From the human T2T-CHM13v2.0 reference genome, Homo sapiens, in the NCBI RefSeq assembly GCF_009914755.1, contig NC_060933.1: a stretch of DNA of 64,000 nt; one strand, 5' to 3'. The notes under the pieces were generated by a model. That model did no database searches. It saw only the letters and a list, made by a program, of their open reading frames with translations, and was not told the DNA's origin. Positions 1 to 12,588 of the stretch are shown piece after piece. The first letter of the stretch is position 1; the number at the start of each line of letters is the position of its first letter. The position numbers were made by a program, and so were the translations under genes.

Positions 1-510
1 TCTCAGGAACTTCTTTGTGATGTTTGCATTCAAGTCACAGAACTGAACATTCCCTTTCATAGAGCATGTTTGAAACACTCTTTCTGTAGTATCTGCAAGC
101 GGACGTTTTAAGCGCTTTCAGGCCTGTGGTGAGAAAGGAAATATCTTCAAATAAAAACTAGACAGAAGCATTCTCAGAAACTTATTTGCGATGTGTGTCC
201 TCAACTAACAGAGTTGAACCTTTCTTTTGATACAACATTTTGGAAACACTCTTTTTGTAGAATCTGCAAGTGGATATTTGGATAGCTTTGAAGGTTTCGT
301 TGGAAACGGGAATATCTTCATATGAAATCAAGACAGAAGCATTCTCAGAAACTTCTCTGTGATGTTTGCATTCAACTCATAGAGTTGAACACTTCCCTTC
401 ATACAGCAGGTTTGAAACACTCTTTTTCTAATATTTGGAAGTGGACATTTGCAGCGCTTTGAGGCCTATGTTGAAAAAGGAAATATCTTCTCCTAAAAAC
501 CAGACAGAAG
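1..510 (+). repeat. Partial HOR (last 3 monomers of terminal tetramer T4)
   Basis: T4 markers GACGTTTTAAG, CATATGAAATC, TTTCTAAT and TCTCCTAAAAACCAG. Confidence 0.9.
295..311 (+). other. Canonical CENP-B box (representative; recurs in monomers a and c of nearly every tetramer)
   Basis: TTTCGTTGGAAACGGGA matches YTTCGTTGGAARCGGGA. Confidence 0.97.
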
Positions 511-636
511 CATTCTCAGAAACTTCCTTGTGATGTGTGTACTCAAGTAACAGAGTTGAACCTTCCTTTTGACAGAGCAGTTTTGAAGCACTCTTTTTGT
601 AGAATCTGCAAGTGGATATTTTGATACCTTTGAGGA

Positions 637-653
637 TTTCGTTGGACACGGGA
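637..653 (+). other. Variant CENP-B box of anchor monomer X (core retained; representative)
   Basis: TTTCGTTGGACACGGGA keeps the 9 essential positions NTTCGNNNNANNCGGGN. Confidence 0.85.
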
Positions 654-806
654 TATCTTCATATAAAATCTAGACAGAAGCATTCTCAGAAACTTCTTTG
701 TGCTGTATGTCCTCAATTAACAGAGTTGAACCTTTGTGTGGATACAGCATTTTGGAAACATTCCTTTAGTAGAATCTGCAAGTTGATATTTAGATAGCTA
801 GGAAGA

Positions 807-823
807 TTTCCTTGGAAACGGGA
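807..823 (+). other. Degenerate CENP-B box of anchor monomer Y (representative)
   Basis: TTTCCTTGGAAACGGGA has TTCG changed to TTCC, which destroys an essential core base. Confidence 0.85.
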
Positions 824-1315
824 ATATCTTCATATAAAATCTAGACGGAAGCATTCTCAGAAAGTGCTTTGTGATGTTTGCATTCAAGTCACAGAGTTGA
901 ATATTCCCTTTTATAGAGCAGGTTTGAAACACTCTTTCTGCACTACCTGGAAGTGGACATTTGGAGCGCTTTGAGGCCTATGTTGAAAAAGGAAATATCT
1001 TCCCATAAAAACTAGACAGAAGCATTCTCAGAAACTTGTTTGTGATGTGTGTATTCAACTAACAGAGATGAACCTTTCTTTTTACAGAGCAGTTTTGAAA
1101 CACTCTTTTTGTGGAATCTGAAAGTGGATATTTGGATAGCTTTGAGGATTTCGTTGGAAACGGGATTACATATAAAACCTAGAGAGAAGCATTCTCAGGA
1201 ACTTCTTTGTGATGTTTGCATTCAAGTCACAGAACTGAACATTCCCTTTCATAGAGCAGGTTTGAAACACTCTTTCTGTGGTATCTGCAAGCTGACGTTT
1301 CAAGCGCTTTCAGGC

Positions 1316-1332
1316 CTATGGTGAGAAAGGAA
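1316..1332 (+). other. pJalpha-type (A-box) motif in non-CENP-B monomers (representative)
   Basis: CTATGGTGAGAAAGGAA occupies the position equivalent to the CENP-B box and resembles the pJalpha site consensus CTAYGGTGRAAAAGGAA. Confidence 0.75.
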
Positions 1333-3061
1333 ATATCTTCAAGTAAAAACTAGACAGAAGCATTCTCAGAAACTTATTTGCCATGTGTGTTCTCAACTAA
1401 CAGAGTTGAACCTTTGTTTTGATACGGCATTTTGGAAACACTCTTTTGTAGAATCTGCAGGTGGATATTCGGATAGCTTTGAAGGTTTCGTTGGAAACGG
1501 GAATATCTTCATATAAAATCTAGACGGAAGCATTCTCAGAAACTGCTTTGTGATGTTTTCATTCAAGTCACAGAGTAGAATGTTCCCTGTTATATACCAG
1601 GTTTGAGACACTCTTTCTGCACTACCTGGAAGTGGATGTTTGGAGCGCTTTGAGGCCTATGTTGAAAAAGGAAATATCTTCCCATAAAAACTAGACAGAA
1701 GCATTCTCAGAAACTTGTTTGTGATGTGTGTATTCAACTAACAGAGATGAACCTTTCTTTTTACAGAGCAGTTTTGAAACACTCTTTTTGTGGAATCTGA
1801 AAGTGGATATTTGGATAGCTTTGAGGATTTCGTTGGAAACGGGATTACATATAAAACCTAGAGAGAAGCATTCTCAGGAACTTCTTTGTGATGTTTGCAT
1901 TCAAGTCACAGAACTGAACATTCCCTTTCATAGAGCAGGTTTGAAACACTCTTTCTGTAGTATCTGCAAGCTGACGTTTCAAGCGCTTTCAGGCCTATGG
2001 TGAGAAAGGAAATATCTTCAAGTAAAAACTAGACAGAAGCATTCTCAGAAACTTATTTGCGATGTGTGTTCTCAACTAACAGAGTTGAACCTTTGTTTTG
2101 ATATGGCATTTTGGAAACACTCTTTTTGTAGAATCTGCAGGTGGATATTCGGATAGCTTTGAAGGTTTCGTTGGAAACGGGAATATCTTCATATAAAATC
2201 TAGACGGAAGCATTCTCAGAAACTGCTTTGTGATGTTTTCATTCAAGTCACAGAGTAGAATGTTCCCTGTTATATACCAGGTTTGAGACACTCTTTCTGC
2301 ACTACCTGGAAGTGGACATTTGCAGCGCTTTGAGGCCTATGATGAAAAAGGAAATATCTTCCCATAAAAACTAGACAGAAGCATTCTCAGAAACTTGTTT
2401 GTGATGTTTGTATTCAACTAACAGAGATGAACCTTTCTTTTTACAGAGCAGTTTTGAAACACTCTTTTTGTGGAATCTGAAAGTGGATATTTGGATAGCT
2501 TTGAGGATTTCGTTGGAAACGGGATTACATATAAAATCTAGAGAGAAGCATTCTCAGGAACTTCTTTGTGATGTTTGCATTCACGTCACAGAACTGAACA
2601 TTCCCTTTCATAGAGCATGTTTGAAACACTCTTTCTGTAGTATCTGCAAACGGACATTTCAAACGCTTTCAGGCCTATGGTGAGAAAGGAAATATCTTCA
2701 AATAAAAACTAGACAGAAGCATTCTCAGAAACTTATTTGCGATGTGTGTCCTCAACTAACAGAGTTGAACCTTTCTTTTGATACAACATTTTGGAAACAC
2801 TCTTTTTGTAGAATCTGCAAGTGGATATTTGAATAGCTTTGAAGGTTTCGTTGGAAACGGGAATATCTTCATATAAAATCAAGACAGAAGCATTCTCAGA
2901 AACTTCTCTGTGATGTTTGCATTCAACTCATAGAGTTGAACACTTCCCTTCATACAGCAGGTTTGAAACACTCTTTTTCTAATATTTGGAAGTGGACATT
3001 TGCAGCGCTTTGAGGCCTATGTTGAAAAAGGAAATATCTTCTCCTAAAAACCAGACAGAAG

Positions 3062-4933
3062 CATTCTCAGAAACTTCCTTGTGATGTGTGTACTCAAGTA
3101 ACAGAGTTGAACCTTCCTTTTGACAGAGCAGTTTTGAAGCACTCTTTTTGTAGAATCTGCAAGTGGATATTTTGATACCTTTGAGGATTTCGTTGGACAC
3201 GGGATATCTTCATATAAAATCTAGACAGAAGCATTCTCAGAAACTTCTTTGTGCTGTATGTCCTCAATTAACAGAGTTGAACCTTTGTGTGGATACAGCA
3301 TTTTGGAAACATTCCTTTAGTAGAATCTGCAGGTGGATATTCGGATAGCTTTGAAGGTTTCGTTGGAAACGGGAATATCTTCATATAAAATCTAGACGGA
3401 AGCATTCTCAGAAACTGCTTTGTGATGTTTTCATTCAAGTCACAGAGTAGAATGTTCCCTGTTATATACCAGGTTTGAGACACTCTTTCTGCACTACCTG
3501 GAAGTGGACGTTTGGAGCGCTTTGAGGCCTATGTTGAAAAAGGAAATATCTTCCCATAAAAACTAGACAGAAGCATTCTCAGAAACTTGTTTGTGATGTG
3601 TGTATTCAACTAACAGAGATGAACCTTTCTTTTTACAGAGCAGTTTTGAAACACTCTTTTTGTGGAATCTGAAAGTGGATATTTGGATAGCTTTGAGGAT
3701 TTCGTTGGAAACGGGATTACATATAAAACCTAGAGAGAAGCATTCTCAGGAACTTCTTTGTGATGTTTGCATTCAAGTCACAGAACTGAACATTCCCTTT
3801 CATAGAGCAGGTTTGAAACACTCTTTCTGTAGTATCTGCAAGCTGACGTTTCAAGCGCTTTCAGGCCTATGGTGAGAAAGGAAATATCTTCAAGTAAAAA
3901 CTAGACAGAAGCATTCTCAGAAACTTATTTGCGATGTGTGTTCTCAACTAACAGAGTTGAACCTTTGTTTTGATATGGCATTTTGGAAACACTCTTTTTG
4001 TAGAATCTGCAGGTGGATATTCGGATAGCTTTGAAGGTTTCGTTGGAAACGGGAATATCTTCATATAAAATCTAGACGGAAGCATTCTCAGAAACTGCTT
4101 TGTGATGTTTTCATTCAAGTCACAGAGTAGAATGTTCCCTGTTATATACCAGGTTTGAGACACTCTTTCTGCACTACCTGGAAGTGGACATTTGCAGCGC
4201 TTTGAGGCCTATGATGAAAAAGGAAATATCTTCCCATAAAAACTAGACAGAAGCATTCTCAGAAACTTGTTTGTGATGTGTGTATTCAACTAACAGAGAT
4301 GAAACTTTCTTTTTACAGAGCAGTTTTGAAACACTCTTTTTGTGGAATCTGAAAGTGGATATTTGGATAGCTTTGAGGATTTCGTTGGAAACGGGATTAC
4401 ATATAAAATCTAGAGAGAAGCATTCTCAGGAACTTTTTTGTGATGTTTGCATTCACGTCACAGAACTGAACATTCCCTTTCATAGAGCATGTTTGAAACA
4501 CTCTTTCTGTAGTATCTGCAAACGGACATTTCAAACGCTTTCAGGCCTATGGTGAGAAAGGAAATATCTTCAAATAAAAACTAGACAGAAGCATTCTCAG
4601 AAACTTATTTGCGATGTGTGTCCTCAACTAACAGAGTTGAACCTTTCTTTTGATACAACATTTTGGAAACACTCTTTTTGTAGAATCTGCAAGTGGATAT
4701 TTGAATAGCTTTGAAGGTTTCGTTGGAAACGGGAATATCTTCTTATAAAATCAAGACAGAAGCATTCTCAGAAACTTCTCTGTGATGTTTGCATTCAACT
4801 CATAGAGTTGAACACTTCCCTTCATACAGCAGGTTTGAAACACTCTTTTTCTAATATTTGGAAGTGGACATTTGCAGCGCTTTGAGGCCTATGTTGAAAA
4901 AGGAAATATCTTCTCCTAAAAACCAGACAGAAG
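3062..4933 (+). repeat. HOR U2, 11-mer (X-Y/T1c hybrid-T1d-T2-T3/T4), 1872 bp
   Basis: Y/T1c junction at 3320-3331; T3/T4 junction near the end of the unit. Confidence 0.92.
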
Positions 4934-7485
4934 CATTCTCAGAAACTTCCTTGTGATGTGTGTACTCAAGTAACAGAGTTGAACCTTCCTTTTGACAGAG
5001 CAGTTTTGAAGCACTCTTTTTGTAGAATCTGCAAGTGGATATTTTGATACCTTTGAGGATTTCGTTGGACACGGGATATCTTCATATAAAATCTAGACAG
5101 AAGCATTCTCAGAAACTTCTTTGTGCTGTATGTCCTCAATTAACAGAGTTGAACCTTTGTGTGGATACAGCATTTTGGAAACATTCCTTTAGTAGAATCT
5201 GCAAGTTGATATTTAGATAGCTAGGAAGATTTCCTTGGAAACGGGAATATCTTCATATAAAATCTAGACGGAAGCATTCTCAGAAAGTGCTTTGTGAAGT
5301 TTGCATTCAAGTCACAGAGTTGAATATTCCCTTTTATAGAGCAGGTTTGAAACACTCTTTCTGCACTACCTGGAAGTGGACATTTGGAGCGCTTTGAGGC
5401 CTATGTTGAAAAAGGAAATATCTTCCCATAAAAACTAGACAGAAGCATTCTCAGAAACTTGTTTGTGATGTGTGTATTCAACTAACAGAGATGAACCTTT
5501 CTTTTTACAGAGCAGTTTTGAAACACTCTTTTTGTGGAATCTGAAAGTGGATATTTGGATAGCTTTGAGGATTTCGTTGGAAACGGGATTACATATAAAA
5601 CCTAGAGAGAAGCATTCTCAGGAACTTCTTTGTGATGTTTGCATTCAAGTCACAGAACTGAACATTCCCTTTCATAGAGCAGGTTTGAAACACTCTTTCT
5701 GTAGTATCTGCAAGCTGACGTTTCAAGCGCTTTCAGGCCTATGGTGAGAAAGGAAATATCTTCAAGTAAAAACTAGACAGAAGCATTCTCAGAAACTTAT
5801 TTGCCATGTGTGTTCTCAACTAACAGAGTTGAACCTTTGTTTTGATATGGCATTTTGGAAACACTCTTTTTGTAGAATCTGCAGGTGGATATTCGGATAG
5901 CTTTGAAGGTTTCGTTGGAAACGGGAATATCTTCACATAAAATCTAGACGGAAGCATTCTGAGAAACTGCTTTGTGATGTTTTCATTCAAGTCACAGAGT
6001 AGAATGTTCCCTGTTATATACCAGGTTTGAGACACTCTTTCTGCACTACCTGGAAGTGGACATTTGCAGCGCTTTGAGGCCTATGATGAAAAAGGAAATA
6101 TCTTCCCATAAAAACTAGACAGAAGCATTCTCAGAAACTTGTTTGTGATGTGTGTATTCAACTAACAGAGATGAACCTTTCTTTTTACAGAGCAGTTTTG
6201 AAACACTCTTTTTGTGGAATCTGAAAGTGGATATTTGGATAGCTTTGAGGATTTCGTTGGAAACGGGATTACATATAAAACCTAGAGAGAAGCATTCTCA
6301 GGAACTTCTTTGTGATGTTTGCATTCACGTCACAGAACTGAACATTCCCTTTCATAGAGCATGTTTGAAACACTCTTTCTGTAGTATCTGCAAACGGACA
6401 TTTCAAACGCTTTCAGGCCTATGGTGAGAAAGGAAATATCTTCAAATAAAAACTAGACAGAAGCATTCTCAGAAACTTATTTGCGATGTGTGTCCTCAAC
6501 TAACAGAGTTGAACCTTTCTTTTGATACAACATTTTGGAAACACTCTTTTTGTAGAATCTGCAAGTGGATATTTGAATAGCTTTGAAGGTTTCGTTGGAA
6601 ACGGGAATATCTTCATATAAAATCAAGACAGAAGCATTCTCAGAAACTTCTCTGTGATGTTTGCATTCAACTCATAGAGTTGAACACTTCCCTTCATACA
6701 GCAGGTTTGAAACACTCTTTTTGTAATATTTGGAAGTGGACATTTGCAGCGCTTTGAGGCCTATGATGAAAAAGGTAATATCTTCCCATAAAAACTAGAC
6801 AGAAGCATTCTCAGAAACTTGTTTGTGATGTGTGTATTCAACTAACAGAGATGAACCTTTCTTTTTACAGAGCAGTTTTGAAACACTCTTTTTGTGGAAT
6901 CTGAAAGTGGATATTTGGATAGCTTTGCGGATTTCGTTGGAAACGGGATTACATATAAAATCTAGGGAGAAGCATTCTCAGGAACTTCTTTGTGATGTTT
7001 GCATTCAAGTCACAGAACTGAACATTCCCTTTCATAGAGCAGGTTTGAAACACTCTTTCTGTAGTATCTGCAAGCGGACGTTTTAAGCGCTTTCAGGCCT
7101 GTGGTGAGAAAGGAAATATCTTCAAATAAAAACTAGACAGAAGCATTCTCAGAAACTTATTTGCGATGTGTGTCCTCAACTAACAGAGTTGAACCTTTCT
7201 TTTGATACAACATTTTGGAAACACTCTTTTTGTAGAATCTGCAAGTGGATATTTGGATAGCTTTGAAGGTTTCGTTGGAAACGGGAATATCTTCATATGA
7301 AATCAAGACAGAAGCATTCTCAGAAACTTCTCTGTGATGTTTGCATTCAACTCATAGAGTTGAACACTTCCCTTCATACAGCAGGTTTGAAACACTCTTT
7401 TTCTAATATTTGGAAGTGGACATTTGCAGCGCTTTGAGGCCTATGTTGAAAAAGGAAATATCTTCTCCTAAAAACCAGACAGAAG
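4934..7485 (+). repeat. HOR U3, 15-mer (XYZ-T1/T2-T3-T4), 2552 bp
   Basis: Anchor spacing; GCCATG (T1) is followed by GATATGG (T2) in the same monomer. Confidence 0.92.
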
Positions 7486-10036
7486 CATTCTCAGAAACTT
7501 CCTTGTGATGTGTGTACTCAAGTAACAGAGTTGAACCTTCCTTTTGACAGAGCAGTTTTGAAGCACTCTTTTTGTAGAATCTGCAAGTGGATATTTTGAT
7601 ACCTTTGAGGATTTCGTTGGACACGGGATATCTTCATATAAAATCTAGACAGAAGCATTCTCAGAAACTTCTTTGTGCTGTATGTCCTCAATTAACAGAG
7701 TTGAACCTTTGTGTGGATACAGCATTTTGGAAACATTCCTTTAGTAGAATCTGCAAGTTGATATTTAGATAGCTAGGAAGATTTCCTTGGAAACGGGAAT
7801 ATCTTCATATAAAATCTAGACGGAAGCATTCTCAGAAAGTGCTTTGTGATGTTTGCATTCAAGTCACAGAGTTGAATATTCCCTTTTATAGAGCAGGTTT
7901 GAAACACTCTTTCTGCACTACCTGGAAGTGGACATTTGGAGCGCTTTGAGGCCTATGTTGAAAAAGGAAATATCTTCCCATAAAAACTAGACAGAAGCAT
8001 TCTCAGAAACTTGTTTGTGATGTGTGTATTCAACTAACAGAGATGAACCTTTCTTTTTACAGAGCAGTTTTGAAACACTCTTTTTGTGGAATCTGAAAGT
8101 GGATATTTGGATAGCTTTGAGGATTTCGTTGGAAACGGGATTACATATAAAACCTAGAGAGAAGCATTCTCAGGAACTTCTTTGTGATGTTTGCATTCAA
8201 GTCACAGAACTGAACATTCCCTTTCATAGAGCAGGTTTGAAACACTCTTTCTGTAGTATCTGCAAGCGGACGTTTCAAGCGCTTTCAGGCCTATCGTGAG
8301 AAAGGAAATATCTTCAAGTAAAAACTAGACAGAAGCATTCTCAGAAACTTATTTGCCATGTGTGTTCTCAACTAACAGAGTTGAACCTTTGTTTTGATAC
8401 GGCATTTTGGAAACACTCTTTTTGTAGAATCTGCAGGTGGATATTCGGATAGCTTTGAAGGTTTCGTTGGAAACGGGAATATCTTCATATAAAATCTAGA
8501 CGGAAGCATTCTCAGAAACTGCTTTGTGATGTTTTCATTCAAGTCACAGAGTAGAATGTTCCCTGTTATATACCAGGTTTGAGACACTCTTTCTGCACTA
8601 CCTGGAAGTGGACGTTTGGAGCGCTTTGAGGCCTATGTTGAAAAAGGAAATATCTTCCCATAAAAACTAGACAGAAGCATTCTCAGAAACTTGTTTGTGA
8701 TGTGTGTATTCAACTAACAGAGATGAACCTTTCTTTTTACAGAGCAGTTTTGAAACACTCTTTTTGTGGAATCTGAAAGTGGATATTTGGATAGCTTTGA
8801 GGATTTCGTTGGAAACGGGATTACATATAAAACCTAGAGAGAAGCATTCTCAGGAACTGCTTTGTGATGTTTGCATTCAAGTCACAGAACTGAACATTCC
8901 CTTTCATAGAGCAGGTTTGAAACACTCTTTCTGTAGTATCTGCAAGCTGACGTTTCAAGCGCTTTCAGGCCTATGGTGAGAAAGGAAATATCTTCAAGTA
9001 AAAACTAGACAGAAGCATTCTCAGAAACTTATTTGCGATGTGTGTTCTCAACTAACAGAGTTGAACCTTTGTTTTGATATGGCATTGTGGAAACACTCTT
9101 TTTGTAGAATCTGCAGGTGGATATTCGGATAGCTTTGAAGGTTTCGTTGGAAACGGGAATATCTTCATATAAAATCTAGACGGAAGCATTCTCAGAAACT
9201 GCTTTGTGATGTTTTCATTCAAGTCACAGAGTAGAATGTTCCCTGTTATATACCAGGTTTGAGACACTCTTTCTGCACTACCTGGAAGTGGACATTTGCA
9301 GCGCTTTGAGGCCTATGATGAAAAAGGAAATATCTTCCCATAAAAACTAGACAGAAGCATTCTCAGAAACTTGTTTGTGATGTGTGTATTCAACTAACAG
9401 AGATGAACCTTTCTTTTTACAGAGCAGTTTTGAAACACTCTTTTTGTGGAATCTGAAAGTGGATATTTGGATAGCTTTGAGGATTTCGTTGGAAACGGGA
9501 TTACATATAAAATCTAGAGAGAAGCATTCTCAGGAACTTCTTTGTGATGTTTGCATTCACGTCACAGAACTGAACATTCCCTTTCATAGAGCATGTTTGA
9601 AACACTCTTTCTGTAGTATCTGCAAACGGACATTTCAAACGCTTTCAGGCCTATGGTGAGAAAGGAAATATCTTCAAATAAAAACTAGACAGAAGCATTC
9701 TCAGAAACTTATTTGCGATGTGTGTCCTCAACTAACAGAGTTGAACCTTTCTTTTGATACAACATTTTGGAAACACTCTTTTTGTAGAATCTGCAAGTGG
9801 ATATTTGAATAGCTTTGAAGGTTTCGTTGGAAACGGGAATATCTTCATATAAAATCAAGACAGAAGCATTCTCAGAACTTCTCTGTGATGTTTGCATTCA
9901 ACTCATAGAGTTGAACACTTCCCTTCATACAGCAGGTTTGAAACACTCTTTTTCTAATATTTGGAAGTGGACATTTGCAGCGCTTTGAGGCCTATGTTGA
10001 AAAAGGAAATATCTTCTCCTAAAAACCAGACAGAAG
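7486..10036 (+). repeat. HOR U4, 15-mer (XYZ-T1-T2-T3/T4), 2551 bp
   Basis: Anchor spacing; 1-bp deletion CTCAGAACTT near 9876. Confidence 0.92.
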
Positions 10037-12588
10037 CATTCTCAGAAACTTCCTTGTGATGTGTGTACTCAAGTAACAGAGTTGAACCTTCCTTTTGACA
10101 GAGCAGTTTTGAAGCACTCTTTTTGTAGAATCTGCAAGTGGATATTTTGATACCTTTGAGGATTTCGTTGGACACGGGATATCTTCATATAAAATCTAGA
10201 CAGAAGCATTCTCAGAAACTTCTTTGTGCTGTATGTCCTCAATTAACAGAGTTGAACCTTTGTGTGGATACAGCATTTTGGAAACATTCCTTTAGTAGAA
10301 TCTGCAAGTTGATATTTAGATAGCTAGGAAGATTTCCTTGGAAACGGGAATATCTTCATATAAAATCTAGACGGAAGCATTCTCAGAAAGTGCTTTGTGA
10401 TGTTTGCATTCAAGTCACAGAGTTGAATATTCCCTTTTATAGGGCAGGTTTGAAACACTCTTTCTGCACTACCTGGAAGTGGACATTTGGAGCGCTTTGA
10501 GGCCTATGTTGAAAAAGGAAATATCTTCCCATAAAAACTAGACAGAAGCATTCTCAGAAACTTGTTTGTGATGTGTGTATTCAACTAACAGAGATGAACC
10601 TTTCTTTTTACAGAGCAGTTTTGAAACACTCTTTTTGTGGAATCTGAAAGTGGATATTTGGATAGCTTTGAGGATTTCGTTGGAAACGGGATTACATATA
10701 AAACCTAGAGAGAAGCATTCTCAGGAACTCCTTTGTGATGTTTGCATTCAAGTCACAGAACTGAACATTCCCTTTCATAGAGCAGGTTTGAAACACTCTT
10801 TCTGTAGTATCTGCAAGCTGACGTTTCAAGCGCTTTCAGGCCTATGGTGAGAAAGGAAATATCTTCAAGTAAAAACTAGACAAAAGCATTCTCAGAAACT
10901 TATTTGCCATGTGTGTTCTCAACTACCAGAGTTGAACCTTTCTGTGGATACGGCATTTTGGAAACACTCTTTTTGTAGAATCTGCAGGTGGATATTCGGA
11001 TAGCTTTGAAGGTTTCGTTGGAAACGGGAATATCTTCATATAAAATCTAGACGGAAGCATTCTCAGAAACTGCTTTGTGATGTTTTCATTCAAGTCACAG
11101 AGTAGAATGTTCCCTGTTATATACCAGGTTTGAGACACTCTTTCTGCACTACCTGGAAGTGGACGTTTGGAGCGCTTTGAGGCCTATGTTGAAAAAGGAA
11201 ATATCTTCCCATAAAAACTAGACAGAAGCATTCTCAGAAACTTGTTTGTGATGTGTGTATTCAACTAACAGAGATGAACCTTTCTTTCTACAGAGCAGTT
11301 TTGAAACACTCTTTTTGTGGAATCTGAAAGTGGATATTTGGATAGCTTTGAGGATTTCGTTGGAAACGGGATTACATATAAAATCTAGAGAGAAGCATTC
11401 TCAGGAACTTCTTTGTGATGTTTGCATTCACGTCACAGAACTGAACATTCCCTTTCATAGAGCATGTTTGAAACACTCTTTCTGTAGTATCTGCAAACGG
11501 ACATTTCAAACGCTTTCAGGCCTATGGTGAGAAAGGAAATATCTTCAAGTAAAAACTAGACAGAAGCATTCTCAGAAACTTATTTGCGATGTGTGTCCTC
11601 AACTAACAGAGTTGAACCTTTCTTTTGATACAACATTTTGGAAACACTCTTTTTGTAGAATCTGCAAGTGGATATTTGGATAGCTTTGAAGGTTTCGTTG
11701 GAAACGGGAATATCTTCATATAAAATCAAGACAGAAGCATTCTCAGAAACTTCTCTGTGATGTTTGCATTCAACTCATAGAGTTGAACACTTCCCTTCAT
11801 ACAGCAGGTTTGAAACACTCTTTTTGTAATATTTGGAAGTGGACATTTGCAGCGCTTTGAGGCCTATGATGAAAAAGGTAATATCTTCCCATAAAAACTA
11901 GACAGAAGCATTCTCAGAAACTTGTTTGTGATGTGTGTATTCAACTAACAGAGATGAACCTTTCTTTTTACAGAGCAGTTTTGAAACACTCTTTTTGTGG
12001 AATCTGAAAGTGGATATTTGGATAGCTTTGCGGATTTCGTTGGAAACGGGATTACATATAAAATCTAGGGAGAAGCATTCTCAGGAACTTCTTTGTGATG
12101 TTTGCATTCAAGTCACAGAACTGAACATTCCCTTTCATAGAGCAGGTTTGAAACACTCTTTCTGTAGTATCTGCAAGCGGACGTTTTAAGCGCTTTCAGG
12201 CCTGTGGTGAGAAAGGAAATATCTTCAAATAAAAACTAGACAGAAGCATTCTCAGAAACTTATTTGCGATGTGTGTCCTCAACTAACAGAGTTGAACCTT
12301 TCTTTTGATACAACATTTTGGAAACACTCTTTTTGTAGAATCTGCAAGTGGATATTTGGATAGCTTTGAAGGTTTCGTTGGAAACGGGAATATCTTCATA
12401 TGAAATCAAGACAGAAGCATTCTCAGAAACTTCTCTGTGATGTTTGCATTCAACTCATAGAGTTGAACACTTCCCTTCATACAGCAGGTTTGAAACACTC
12501 TTTTTCTAATATTTGGAAGTGGACATTTGCAGCGCTTTGAGGCCTATGTTGAAAAAGGAAATATCTTCTCCTAAAAACCAGACAGAAG
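10037..12588 (+). repeat. HOR U5, 15-mer (XYZ-T1-T3-T4), 2552 bp
   Basis: Intact T1 end (GACGTTTGGAG, TATGTTG) is joined directly to T3 (TCTAGAG, CACGTC). Confidence 0.92.

Larger units (their letters stand above)
511..3061 (+). repeat. HOR U1, 15-mer (XYZ-T1-T2-T3/T4 hybrid), 2551 bp
   Basis: Anchor X starts at 511 (CATTCTCAGAAACTTCCTTG) and the next X at 3062; 1-bp deletion in a T-run near 1444. Confidence 0.92.

Noticed and set aside
660-672. TATAAAA TATA-box-like motifs downstream of CENP-B boxes
   Set aside because: They are part of the standard alpha monomer consensus, and the sequence gives no evidence of promoter function.
1049-1324. Cys/His pattern (CDVC...HSFCSIC) resembling a zinc or RING finger
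   Set aside because: It arises from translating TGTGATGTTTGC and TGTAGTATCTGC alpha-satellite motifs. The spacing does not fit a real domain and there is no gene context.
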